Below are positions 53,772 to 63,772 of a stretch of DNA of 64,000 nt, one piece after another (position 1 is the first letter of the stretch; the number at the start of each line of letters is the position of its first letter). A program made the translations under genes and the position numbers. The notes under the pieces are model-generated. The model saw nothing but the letters and a program-made list of their open reading frames with translations. It searched no databases and was not told the origin of the DNA. Source of the DNA: a virus; IMG/VR virus record IMGVR_UViG_3300046804_004738, positions 32,001 through 96,000 of that record. One strand, given 5' to 3'.

Positions 53772-55146
53772 AATACCTGAGTATATCAAGCTTATAGAAG
53801 AAAAAACAGGATCACCTACGTTTTGTGTTTTACCTTGGATACATTTAGCTACAAGACCAAATGGCGACGCTAGATTATGTTGCGGTAGCAACGCAAGTCA
53901 AGCAACTAAAGGTATATTAGATGCTGGTTTAGTAAGAAAAGAAAACGGAGAAGTTGCTAATTTTGGAAAAGACACATTGCAGCAGGCATTCAATAATGTA
54001 TACATGCGTGATGTGAGAAAAACCATGCTTGATAAAAAGATTCCTTCTAGTTGTACAAAATGTTTTGAAGAAGAACAAAATGGAATCTTAAGTAAAAGAA
54101 TTTGGGAAATGTATGAATGGGATAAAGATGGATTAGATTTTAAGCAGCTTATCAATGACACGAAAGAGGACGGCGAAGTACCCAATACAATACGATATTT
54201 TGATATTAGATTAGGACATACTTGTAATTTAAAGTGTGTCATGTGTACACCACACGACAGTTCTAAATGGGTACAAGACCATAAAAAATTAATACCAATT
54301 ACAAAAAGTAATATAGTTTTACAACAAATAACATGGGATCAAAAATCTTTTGACAACACATGGTATGAGAAGTCTGATTTTTGGGATGAGGTTTTTGAAC
54401 AAATACCAAATATACAGCAGATGTATTTTGCCGGTGGTGAACCATTAATGATAAAAGAGCACCATAGATTTTTGGAAGAAATTATTAAACGAGGTTATGA
54501 AAAGCAAATTACTCTTAGATATAATAGTAACGGAATATTTGTTGATGATTATATTATTGAAATGTGGAGCAAATTTAAAAAAGTAAAGTTTGCATTTAGC
54601 ATTGATGCAGTTGGTGATAGAAATAAGTACATAAGATATCCTGCAGATTGGGACATTATTGTTGAAAACTTAAACAAACTAGATAACACACCAGATAATA
54701 TCCATATTGGAATAGCCTGTGCTGTACAAATTTTAAACATTAAACACTTAGTTGATTTTGCAAAATGGAAAATTCAACAAAATTTTAAAAAAATCAATAA
54801 GTATAAAGCAGAAAATTACCTAGTTGGAGGCGGAATATTAAACATGCATATGTTATACATCCCTACTTTCTTAAGTGCCAGGCTACTTACAAAAAAAGAT
54901 AAAATTGATTTAAGAAATCAATTTATGGAATTCAAAAAATGGTTGTGGGATAATTACACCCAAGATGATGTATTCTGGCATTCTAGTCCATATGGTTGGC
55001 AGCGTTGGGAAGGAATTCTTAAATTTGTTGAATCAGAAGATCATAGTAATTTATTACCAGATTTTAAAGAATATATTTCTAATTTAGACAAAATTAGAGG
55101 GGTTGATGCCACATCCGTATTTCCTGAATTAAAACATTTGCTCTGA
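53764..55146 (+). CDS. Radical SAM protein with N-terminal twitch domain
   Basis: FC.LPW.H...CC; CNLKCVMC; GGEP. Confidence 0.9.
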   Translation: MNKIPEYIKLIEEKTGSPTFCVLPWIHLATRPNGDARLCCGSNASQATKGILDAGLVRKENGEVANFGKDTLQQAFNNVYMRDVRKTMLDKKIPSSCTKCFEEEQNGILSKRIWEMYEWDKDGLDFKQLINDTKEDGEVPNTIRYFDIRLGHTCNLKCVMCTPHDSSKWVQDHKKLIPITKSNIVLQQITWDQKSFDNTWYEKSDFWDEVFEQIPNIQQMYFAGGEPLMIKEHHRFLEEIIKRGYEKQITLRYNSNGIFVDDYIIEMWSKFKKVKFAFSIDAVGDRNKYIRYPADWDIIVENLNKLDNTPDNIHIGIACAVQILNIKHLVDFAKWKIQQNFKKINKYKAENYLVGGGILNMHMLYIPTFLSARLLTKKDKIDLRNQFMEFKKWLWDNYTQDDVFWHSSPYGWQRWEGILKFVESEDHSNLLPDFKEYISNLDKIRGVDATSVFPELKHLL

Positions 55147-56099
55147 TGAAAATTATAAAAATTGAAAATTTCTCGACAGAATACTTAAGTGTAGAATTCG
55201 TGTTGGGCAACGTTTGTAACTATAAATGTCATTATTGCTTTCCAGGATGCAATGAAGGGACACACAGATGGCCTGATCACGATGTCATATTAAAAAATAT
55301 GCAATCTCTTTTTTCTTATTATAGAAATAAAGGAAAAACTTTTATTGACCTAAAAATTATTGGTGGCGAAACAACTCTTTGGCCTTACTTAGAAGAATTT
55401 GTCAATGATATAAAATTAAAATCTAACGTGTTCGTAAGAATCAGCACAAATGCAAGTAGAACGATTAACTATTGGGAAGACAAATCGCACCTTTTTGATG
55501 AAATTACAATAAGTGTACACAATGAATTTGCAAATTTAGATCATATTATAAAAGTAGCAAATCTTATTCATCAAAAACAGCAGAGTAATTTATATGTTTA
55601 TGTTTTAATGGATCCCTTTAACTGGCAAAAATCTAAAGATTGTTTTACATATTTGCTAGAAAATAGTCACGGATGGTTTTTATCTACGCAGCCTGTCTTG
55701 TTTGACAATAGCACTATATATTCTGACGAACAATTAGAATACTTAAAAACTATTAAAAAGAGACAAAGTAAAGATGTCAAAAAAATAAAACCAAATCTTA
55801 CTGTGATGTTTATGGAAGATGGAACTGTAGAGCCTTATGATTACAAAAAAATAGTTTTAAACAACGCAAATAATTTTTATGGTTATAAATGTAATCTTGG
55901 TATTGATAGACTTTATATAAACATAGAAGGTGATATACAAGGAGCATGCGGAGAAAAGGTATTTAATGGAATTCTAAATGTTAAAGATGAAGAATTTGAA
56001 GAAAAAATAAAATCATTAGGCGAGCTAGAACCTGTTATATGCACCAAAAATATCTGTGGTTGCGGGGCAGAAATAATTTTAAACAAAGAACTTAAATGA
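55146..56099 (+). CDS. Radical SAM protein
   Basis: CNYKCHYC, GGET, C-terminal C...CGC. Confidence 0.88.
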   Translation: MKIIKIENFSTEYLSVEFVLGNVCNYKCHYCFPGCNEGTHRWPDHDVILKNMQSLFSYYRNKGKTFIDLKIIGGETTLWPYLEEFVNDIKLKSNVFVRISTNASRTINYWEDKSHLFDEITISVHNEFANLDHIIKVANLIHQKQQSNLYVYVLMDPFNWQKSKDCFTYLLENSHGWFLSTQPVLFDNSTIYSDEQLEYLKTIKKRQSKDVKKIKPNLTVMFMEDGTVEPYDYKKIVLNNANNFYGYKCNLGIDRLYINIEGDIQGACGEKVFNGILNVKDEEFEEKIKSLGELEPVICTKNICGCGAEIILNKELK

Positions 56100-56692
56100 A
56101 AATTGACACAGAACATTTACATCATTGGATGCAAGCTATACGTATGAGTTCGAATCCAATGCGAACAATGGATGCTTTTTGGAGAGGTCAAGTTAAAAGT
56201 AAAGAATGGTTGTTAAATCAATTAATTTCTCATATTTATGCTCCTGCTTCTATTGAAATACATGGTGGGTGGGTAGGAGTTTTGGCAAGTATGTTTTTTC
56301 AAGATGAAAGATACAGTATAGAAAAAATAATCAGTGTGGACATTGATTCAACCTGTAAATCTATTGCGGAAGAAATGAACCGAATAGAACACTCTGCGGG
56401 AATTTTTCAATCTATAACAGAGGATATGTGTAATAGATATCCTATTACAAATACTATTATTAACACAAGTTGCGAACATATAGATCAAGAACAATATGAT
56501 ATTTGGCTTAGCCACATGTTTGATAATCAGTTATTGATTTTACAATCTAATAATTATAATATACCTGAACATATTAGAATCAGCAATAGTATTGATGAAT
56601 TTGTAAAACAATCAAATCTTTCAACCGTACTGTATTCAGGTAAATTAGAATTGCCTCTTTATGATAGATACATGGTTATAGGGTACAAATAA
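56096..56692 (+). CDS. Methyltransferase-like protein
   Basis: GGWVG, SVDID, INTSCEH, R.MVIG. Confidence 0.65.
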   Translation: MKIDTEHLHHWMQAIRMSSNPMRTMDAFWRGQVKSKEWLLNQLISHIYAPASIEIHGGWVGVLASMFFQDERYSIEKIISVDIDSTCKSIAEEMNRIEHSAGIFQSITEDMCNRYPITNTIINTSCEHIDQEQYDIWLSHMFDNQLLILQSNNYNIPEHIRISNSIDEFVKQSNLSTVLYSGKLELPLYDRYMVIGYK

Positions 56693-57792
56693 TGTTTAAA
56701 TTTTCCGAATTAAAATCCATACACTTAGAAATAAGCACACGTTGCCAAGCAAGTTGTCCGATGTGCCCTAGAAAATATCATGGAGGTGTTGAAAACAAAA
56801 ATCTTAAAATAGCAGATTGGACATTTGAAGAATTTAAAAATATATTTACAGATGATCTCATTAAACAATTGGATATGATTTACTTTTGCGGCAATTTTGG
56901 TGATCCAATCATGAATGATGATTTAATTCCAATGTGTCAATATATAAAAGATAAAAAACCTAATATGCAAGTTAGAATACATACTAATGGGGGCGCACGT
57001 TCCACTAAGTGGTGGGTCGATCTATATAATAGCTTAAATGAAAAACATTTAATTTATTATGGTATTGATGGACTTGAGGATACAAATCATATATATAGGA
57101 TTGGGGTAAATTTTGAGTTGACCATTCGTAATGCGCAAGCGTTTATTGATGCAGGAGGCAAAGCTGAATGGGTTTTTATAAAATTTAAGCACAATGAACA
57201 TCAAGCAGAAGTAGCTGAACAGCGTAGCAAAGAATTAGGTTTTGTAAGTTTTACTGTAAAAAACACCACTAGATTTATAGGAGAAAAAAGATATAGTGTT
57301 GTTGATTCTAATGGAAATATTTTATACTACTTAGAACCACCAAACGACAATCAAGTTATATTAATATCACCAAACCAAATAAAAAGATCAGGCGAAATTG
57401 TGAAAAGTTCTAAAATAAGTTGTTATGCGCAGAATTTAAAAGAAATTTATATTGATGCTCACAAAAATGTTTTTCCTTGTTGTTTTTTAGCGAGCGCACC
57501 TTATCATTATCAGAAAACAGAGGAACCCACTGATGAATTTAAAAAAATGATTTACAACTTTCATCAAACAGTATTATCTCAATATCATAATTTAATTGAT
57601 TCATTAGGAGGTATAGATAATATAAATGCCCTAAATAAATCAGTTAGGGATATAATTGATAGTAATGAATGGCAATCAATTTGGGATCATTATTGGAACG
57701 TAGAAAAATTATACACGTGCGCTAGAGTATGTGGTAAGACACGATTATCCAAACCAAAAGATCAATTTGTTAAAAGAGTTCAAAATGACTAA
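56692..57792 (+). CDS. Radical SAM/SPASM protein
   Basis: CQASCPMC, GNFGDP, FPCC...C..VC. Confidence 0.88.
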   Translation: MFKFSELKSIHLEISTRCQASCPMCPRKYHGGVENKNLKIADWTFEEFKNIFTDDLIKQLDMIYFCGNFGDPIMNDDLIPMCQYIKDKKPNMQVRIHTNGGARSTKWWVDLYNSLNEKHLIYYGIDGLEDTNHIYRIGVNFELTIRNAQAFIDAGGKAEWVFIKFKHNEHQAEVAEQRSKELGFVSFTVKNTTRFIGEKRYSVVDSNGNILYYLEPPNDNQVILISPNQIKRSGEIVKSSKISCYAQNLKEIYIDAHKNVFPCCFLASAPYHYQKTEEPTDEFKKMIYNFHQTVLSQYHNLIDSLGGIDNINALNKSVRDIIDSNEWQSIWDHYWNVEKLYTCARVCGKTRLSKPKDQFVKRVQND

Positions 57793-58861
57793 TTTTGATA
57801 CTATTAAAAACAATGATTCACAATCATTCGTAATTACATGGGATTTAGGCAGACGTTGTAATTTTGATTGTAGTTATTGTCCTGCACACAGACACGATAA
57901 TTTTAGTGAACATGCCAGTTTTACAGAGTTAAGACACTCATGTGATTTTTTGTATGAGTATATTACATTAATCTCACAGGTTAGGACCAATAAGTATTTT
58001 TATATAAGTTTTACTGGTGGTGAACCAACAGTAAATCCAAATTTCATAATGTTCGCTGAATATTTAAAAAATGAATGGAAAAGCAAATTTTCTACTGATA
58101 TAAAAATTAAACTAGATTTAACCTCAAATGGTGCTATGAGCGAAAAAACTGCCAATAGTATTATCGAGAACTTTGACCACGTGACAATTAGTTATCATGC
58201 CGAGTCAAATGAAATCATAAAAAATAATGTATTAGATAGAATTTTTCAATTTCATAGTAGTCTCATTAATATGAAAATTAATGTAATGATGCATGCCAAA
58301 CATTTTGATGAGTGTGTAAACATATGTAATATTTTAAAAGAAAAAAATATCAAATTTATACCTAGACCCATTGGAGAAGATCCTGATAGTATGCTCACCA
58401 CGGCGCACAAATATTCTGAACAGCAAAAACAATGGTACAGTAATTTTTTTGAAACTCCAATTACTCCTACATTAAGACCTTGTTGTGGTGGACGCAGTTT
58501 TACATTATGCAATAATGAAAAAACAGTAGAAACAAAAGTAATTGGATTTAGAAATTTTAAAAATTGGTATTGTAGTGTCAATTGGCATTTTCTACATATT
58601 GAGCAACAAACAAATTTGATCTATCATCATCAAACATGTCAGGCTACTTTTGATAAAAAAAGAGGTAGTATTGGAACTCTAGCAAATTATGTAGACATTA
58701 TAGAAAATTTAAAAAATACTATTAAAAATAAACAAATGCCTACAATAGTCTGTCCAAACAATCTATGCGGATGCGGGTTGTGTGTACCAAAAAGTAAAGA
58801 CAAACAAGAATATTTAAACACAATAAGTCAATTAATTAATTCTTCAATATTACAATCATGA
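57785..58861 (+). CDS. Radical SAM protein
   Basis: CNFDCSYC, GGEP, CCGGR, C...CGCG.C; start reassigned to MTNFD. Confidence 0.88.
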   Translation: MTNFDTIKNNDSQSFVITWDLGRRCNFDCSYCPAHRHDNFSEHASFTELRHSCDFLYEYITLISQVRTNKYFYISFTGGEPTVNPNFIMFAEYLKNEWKSKFSTDIKIKLDLTSNGAMSEKTANSIIENFDHVTISYHAESNEIIKNNVLDRIFQFHSSLINMKINVMMHAKHFDECVNICNILKEKNIKFIPRPIGEDPDSMLTTAHKYSEQQKQWYSNFFETPITPTLRPCCGGRSFTLCNNEKTVETKVIGFRNFKNWYCSVNWHFLHIEQQTNLIYHHQTCQATFDKKRGSIGTLANYVDIIENLKNTIKNKQMPTIVCPNNLCGCGLCVPKSKDKQEYLNTISQLINSSILQS

Positions 58862-59574
58862 AAATTAATGCCGAACAAATTATTAATGAAACACACGATG
58901 TTTTCACAAAAGCTGGATTCAAAGAAATACTTGAAAATAGTGTAACTATTTCTGAAAAAGATTATTATGATTTGCACACTGATTTTTTAGTTCCAACATC
59001 AATTACAATTGATATTGACCTGTTCAAAATACAAATACAAAAATTTAAATTTCATCAGTGGGGTAAAAATCACACACATTTACCTAGATATGGATTAGCG
59101 TTAGTAAATCAAACCGGTGAGTTAATTGAAGATGATCCAATAAATGGTAGTCTAATGACATTTAATAAAAACAATCCTAATAATCCTGTTATTGAAACTG
59201 ATTGTGTAAAGCCTACGCAAGTAATGAATATATCATCTCTTGAACCACTAAGAATATTTGACGATCATTGGACAAGAAGTAATGTGCTTAAATGGGATAA
59301 TGGTGCTATGTTTTTACCTCACATTGATACTGTCGTACCAAGTATGTGGCTACGGTTATGGATGAGTACTGAGGGTCTAGTAGTTAGATACTATGATGAG
59401 ATTTCACAAGAATTAAAAGAAATTGAATATCAACCCGGCAGAGTTTATCTTATAGATACCTCAAGAATTCACGATGCATATACAACAAATAATGATGTCT
59501 ATCAATTGTTTTTGAGTGTTTTTACGACCGCATCTCATTTAATTTCTTCTGTAATTCTTCCCAAGCAAGTTTAA
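58858..59574 (+). CDS. 2OG-Fe(II) oxygenase/cupin-like protein
   Basis: PHID...YLIDT.RIH facial triad. Confidence 0.6.
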   Translation: MKINAEQIINETHDVFTKAGFKEILENSVTISEKDYYDLHTDFLVPTSITIDIDLFKIQIQKFKFHQWGKNHTHLPRYGLALVNQTGELIEDDPINGSLMTFNKNNPNNPVIETDCVKPTQVMNISSLEPLRIFDDHWTRSNVLKWDNGAMFLPHIDTVVPSMWLRLWMSTEGLVVRYYDEISQELKEIEYQPGRVYLIDTSRIHDAYTTNNDVYQLFLSVFTTASHLISSVILPKQV

Positions 59575-60373
59575 CTTTATCTTCTCTATACACAGTTTTA
59601 TCTTCAATTCCCAATTTAGCGAAGGCATCATAACGTTGCTGACAATTAAAACAAGTTCCACAATGTATATGATCTTCTCTTATAGAATTAGTCACACATG
59701 AATGAGTTTTATGTGCTAAATCTAAATATCCTAATTGAGTATATAAATCAATAACCTCACTCTTATTAAGAGTATCAAAAGGTCGTAACGTTACTTTTTG
59801 ATTAAAACCCGATCTCAACATTGGATAAACCACACCCGGTATTTCTAAATCTTTTATGTATTCTGTAAATGTACCTGTTGGTAAATGAAATTCTTCAATA
59901 ACATCTCTATACTTTTCATAATTGCTGTAGCACTTTGCTACTATACTCTCATGCGTTGAATTTTTATCCTCTTTAAATTCTGCTACATTGAAAAACAATT
60001 TAGTAAAACCCCACATTGTAAATTCAATGTTGTGTAAATTTTTCATATACTCAAATACTTGATAACTCCATGCCTGAATATCTTTTTTATGTAGTTCAAT
60101 ATCGACAGGAATATAATGCACTGGCTGGCCCAAAATTTCGCTTGCATTATCAACATTTATTTTCACATTTTTATTTGCTTCTGGATTGCTGACAGTAAAC
60201 ATATCATCAGAATATAATAACACAACATTTTCTGATCCGTATTTGTTTAGTGCGATTTTTGCAATTAATGTAGATTCAAGACCCCCACTTATTGCTACGC
60301 CCGCTTTACCCCATGTTAAATTTGGAAAATGCTCATCAATATTATATTCAGTGTTCGTTGGCTTAAGTATCAT
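59522..60373 (-). CDS. QueC-like PP-loop ATPase
   Basis: SGGLES; K.EV; THSC...CGTCFNC..R. Confidence 0.7.
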   Translation of the reverse strand: MILKPTNTEYNIDEHFPNLTWGKAGVAISGGLESTLIAKIALNKYGSENVVLLYSDDMFTVSNPEANKNVKINVDNASEILGQPVHYIPVDIELHKKDIQAWSYQVFEYMKNLHNIEFTMWGFTKLFFNVAEFKEDKNSTHESIVAKCYSNYEKYRDVIEEFHLPTGTFTEYIKDLEIPGVVYPMLRSGFNQKVTLRPFDTLNKSEVIDLYTQLGYLDLAHKTHSCVTNSIREDHIHCGTCFNCQQRYDAFAKLGIEDKTVYREDKVKLAWEELQKKLNEMRS

Positions 60374-61098
60374 TTTTTAAAAACCTTTTCTAATATGTAG
60401 CCTAGCACATCATATTTATGGAATCGCACATTGCCGGGATATCTATGATGATTTTCATGATATGCTTCTCCCCCTATAAAAAAATTTACTAGAAATTTAT
60501 TAGAAGGAATATCACGACTCCAATCATGAGTCCATGTATTAATAAAGCCCTCAAAGTGAAACACTATGGCAATAGGTGCCCAAAAAATTGCCAACGCTAA
60601 ATTAAAAGGCAATATAAACAATGAACCAATAATTATAGGCAAGTAAATCCAATAATAATAACGATGAAATAATACATGATAAGTTCGTAATAAACTTCCT
60701 GCAAATCTAGGGTCTATTTTGCTAAAGCTATATCCAAATAATTGAACGTACCATGTACCCATTAATTTTGGGCTATGAGGATCTTTATCTGTTCCTTGAT
60801 ATTTGTGATGTTGTCGATGAGTTGCAGTCCAACTTAATGCACTGCCTTGCATACTAAATCCTGCAATAAAGCACCCTACTATTTCTAACCATTTTGGAAC
60901 CTTAACCGCTTGATGTGAAACTATCCTATGATAAAATGTGCTTATTCCTAAAACAGCAACAATATAGTGTACACCTAAAGCAATTATTAACATTTGCCAT
61001 TGTAACGTTGCAATTAAATAAAATAATGCAACATGTCCTAAGACTATCCAAAAGTATCCATACAATCTACTTAAATTTACTTCTTCAAATTTTTTCAT
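60370..61098 (-). CDS. Delta-9-like membrane fatty-acid desaturase
   Basis: HRIVSH, HRQHH, DPHSP, HENHH. Confidence 0.88.
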   Translation of the reverse strand: MKKFEEVNLSRLYGYFWIVLGHVALFYLIATLQWQMLIIALGVHYIVAVLGISTFYHRIVSHQAVKVPKWLEIVGCFIAGFSMQGSALSWTATHRQHHKYQGTDKDPHSPKLMGTWYVQLFGYSFSKIDPRFAGSLLRTYHVLFHRYYYWIYLPIIIGSLFILPFNLALAIFWAPIAIVFHFEGFINTWTHDWSRDIPSNKFLVNFFIGGEAYHENHHRYPGNVRFHKYDVLGYILEKVFKK

Positions 61099-61819
61099 TT
61101 GTCCAACCTAATTTAGTTATTAAATATCCTGCAGGATCGTATTTCGTGTAATTTAATTTTGGACATGAATGGTGATTTGCATGGTATATACCATCTGAGA
61201 ATATTAAAGGCCAATAAAATTTAGAAATATTTCTTGCTTGTCCGTTTTTGTGACTGACTACATTAACAAAATAATTTGTATTAAAAATCATAAATCCTAC
61301 AGGGATAGCCCACAATGTCATAAACCAAACGAATGGTAATAACAAAAATAATGTTAAATTCCCTAATGCAATAAAATAAATTTCGTACTTACTTAAAAAT
61401 AAAAAATAATTATCTCTTAGTCTATCTAAACCTCTTTTTAATTGTGCCTCATGAAAACGAGCCAAAAACACAATGTAAAACCATGATTTGTATTTTGGGC
61501 TATGTGGGTCCCTTTCCGTATCCGCATAATGATGGTGTGTTCTATGCCATGCAGCCCATGATATTGGGGTACCAATCAGTGCTAATACGCTAATAGTTGC
61601 CAATACATTCTGTACCAATTTAGGTGGATTCCATAGATTGTGACTAGCCCAACGATGACAAAACAAACTTTGCACTACATCAATCATAAACCAGTAGCAT
61701 ATATAACCTATTATTAATTGATACCAAATTGCATTAAAGATCCAAACTGGAAACAACAATATGTATGTTATAAGTAAAAACGTCGATATGTACTTAGGCG
61801 TCATAATTTGAGAAATCAT
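61085..61819 (-). CDS. Delta-9-like membrane fatty-acid desaturase
   Basis: HRWASH, HRTHH, DPHSP, HANHH. Confidence 0.88.
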   Translation of the reverse strand: MISQIMTPKYISTFLLITYILLFPVWIFNAIWYQLIIGYICYWFMIDVVQSLFCHRWASHNLWNPPKLVQNVLATISVLALIGTPISWAAWHRTHHHYADTERDPHSPKYKSWFYIVFLARFHEAQLKRGLDRLRDNYFLFLSKYEIYFIALGNLTLFLLLPFVWFMTLWAIPVGFMIFNTNYFVNVVSHKNGQARNISKFYWPLIFSDGIYHANHHSCPKLNYTKYDPAGYLITKLGWTNEKI

Positions 61820-62574
61820 TTTTTAATTAACCAAATAATAACTGCAGGTAAGTCCCATTCATACCATTTTTCCCAATTACTCCAGTTGTATGGTTTAGCA
61901 TGATGATTATTGTGCCAACCTTCACCTAAAGCTAAAATATTTGCAATCCAACTATTTCTGCTTTCATCATGTTTTAGATCATACGTTTTATATCCATGCC
62001 TATGAGCAATTACAATTATAGAGCTGGTAGAATGCAAAACTATACATGCAGGAATACTATATACGAATATAACCAGCCATGGATTTATAAAAAATAGAAT
62101 AGCACAGTACAACAAGATAATTTGAAGATAATAATTGTGTAAAAACTTTTGAAATTTATCTTTTCGTAAATCTCTAACAAGCTTCAAATCTAATTTTACT
62201 AAATTCCATAATCCAAACCATGCTCTAAAGTTTCCTAACAAATGAGGACTGTGTGGATCACCTAATTTTTCACAGCTACGATGGTGTTGTCTATGAACGG
62301 CGACCCAAGCTAGAGGACTTCCTATTGTAGTGATTACACCTATTATACTTAATGTTTTTTCCCAAAATTTTGATGTTCGGAAACTTTTATGAGATAGATA
62401 TCTGTGATATCCAACTCCTATGCCCATAGGACCAATTATAAGCCAAGTTATTAGGGAAATTAATAAGTAAATGTATTGTCCTGTTATCAATACGTAGGAA
62501 AACCCAACCATTAACAATAAATGATTTATTAGTTGCATCCCTCTTACTAATTGATTGTGTGTTATTTTATACAT
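61816..62574 (-). CDS. Delta-9-like membrane fatty-acid desaturase
   Basis: HRYLSH, HRQHH, DPHSP, GEGWHNNHH. Confidence 0.9.
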   Translation of the reverse strand: MYKITHNQLVRGMQLINHLLLMVGFSYVLITGQYIYLLISLITWLIIGPMGIGVGYHRYLSHKSFRTSKFWEKTLSIIGVITTIGSPLAWVAVHRQHHRSCEKLGDPHSPHLLGNFRAWFGLWNLVKLDLKLVRDLRKDKFQKFLHNYYLQIILLYCAILFFINPWLVIFVYSIPACIVLHSTSSIIVIAHRHGYKTYDLKHDESRNSWIANILALGEGWHNNHHAKPYNWSNWEKWYEWDLPAVIIWLIKK

Positions 62575-63195
62575 TTACATTCCAGGATCTAACATTTTCC
62601 ATTCTTCATGATTTATTAACTTTGGATTCCATTGTTTAAAACTATTAGGAACTACCTCATAGTACAAATAATTTTGCCAACATTTTTGCACTTCAAACGG
62701 ACAAGTTTGAATATAATTCTCTCCTATTTTCCATTCGGGTGCAACTGATGAAATTGCTTCACTAAATATTTTCCAGTAACCTTTTGTCTGTTTTTTTTCT
62801 CTATTTTGCATTGCTATAATATAGCAGTCAAAATTGTTAATTTCAATTAACGGTTTTACTAAATGTTCATTGTATAATGTTGGAACCAAAATATACCCTT
62901 TACGAGAATTTTGTCTAAATTTGGGAAACAAATATTCTCTATGTAAATGTCTAGCAACATTTTTAGGGTACCTGCCGTCATTAAAAATGCCCCCCATTCC
63001 AACAGGCTCATGGGTTTCCTTTGTAAAAACTACTGCAAAGCCTTTATGATTTTCTATCTTTAAATTTTCACGGGTGTATAAATGTTTCAACCAATTATCT
63101 TCTAATAAACATATTTCACGAATTTCTTCAAATTCTTTACAAGGTTCTGTATAAATTCTATGATAAAAGTCAGCTACATTAGACGTTGATAACAT
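62575..63195 (-). CDS. Hypothetical protein (possible GNAT-like fold)
   Basis: PVGMGG...R.YLFP.FR. Confidence 0.6.
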   Translation of the reverse strand: MLSTSNVADFYHRIYTEPCKEFEEIREICLLEDNWLKHLYTRENLKIENHKGFAVVFTKETHEPVGMGGIFNDGRYPKNVARHLHREYLFPKFRQNSRKGYILVPTLYNEHLVKPLIEINNFDCYIIAMQNREKKQTKGYWKIFSEAISSVAPEWKIGENYIQTCPFEVQKCWQNYLYYEVVPNSFKQWNPKLINHEEWKMLDPGM

Positions 63196-63253
63196 ATTTA
63201 TATTTATTATGTCTTATTTTTACCAAATAAATATAAGATACACTTAAATAACC

Positions 63254-63772
63254 ATGCTCAAAGAAAAATTTATAGATAATCTAATTAACAATTGGCAAAT
63301 TATATTAGATGAATACAATCAAGTTAAAAAAACAATTCCATTGTATGATTTTGATGAAAAACCTAAATATACCCCTGATTGGCGGGCTATCACACTTTGG
63401 TGGAATTATAAATCATTACCTCCTTTTCAAAAACAACTGCCTAAAACTACTGAATTAGTAAGAAATGGACCCAGTCATCGTGCTACAGGATGGTTAATTT
63501 TAAATCCACATTCAAGAACTCCTGAACACAATCATTATGATTGGGGACATAAAATTATTGTTCATATTCCAACATATATACCTGAAGGTGATGTAGGTTT
63601 TCATGTAGGGGGCAAATTATATCGTTGGAAAATGGGAGAAGTCTTTGCGTTTGATTGTTACAAAAATCACTATGGGTATAACAATACAAATGAAGCTAGA
63701 TCAATAATGGTAATGGACTTTGAGTACGACGAATGGATTGATGTACTGAGACCTTATATGCGCACAGAATAA
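63254..63772 (+). CDS. Aspartyl/asparaginyl beta-hydroxylase-like oxygenase
   Basis: L.P...PEH, W..GE..AFD...H...N....R. Confidence 0.75.
   Translation: MLKEKFIDNLINNWQIILDEYNQVKKTIPLYDFDEKPKYTPDWRAITLWWNYKSLPPFQKQLPKTTELVRNGPSHRATGWLILNPHSRTPEHNHYDWGHKIIVHIPTYIPEGDVGFHVGGKLYRWKMGEVFAFDCYKNHYGYNNTNEARSIMVMDFEYDEWIDVLRPYMRTE

Noticed and set aside
52800-58861. Calling the radical SAM genes PqqE, MoaA or QueE
   Set aside because: Only generic motifs are visible; no PqqD/B/C or family-specific signatures.
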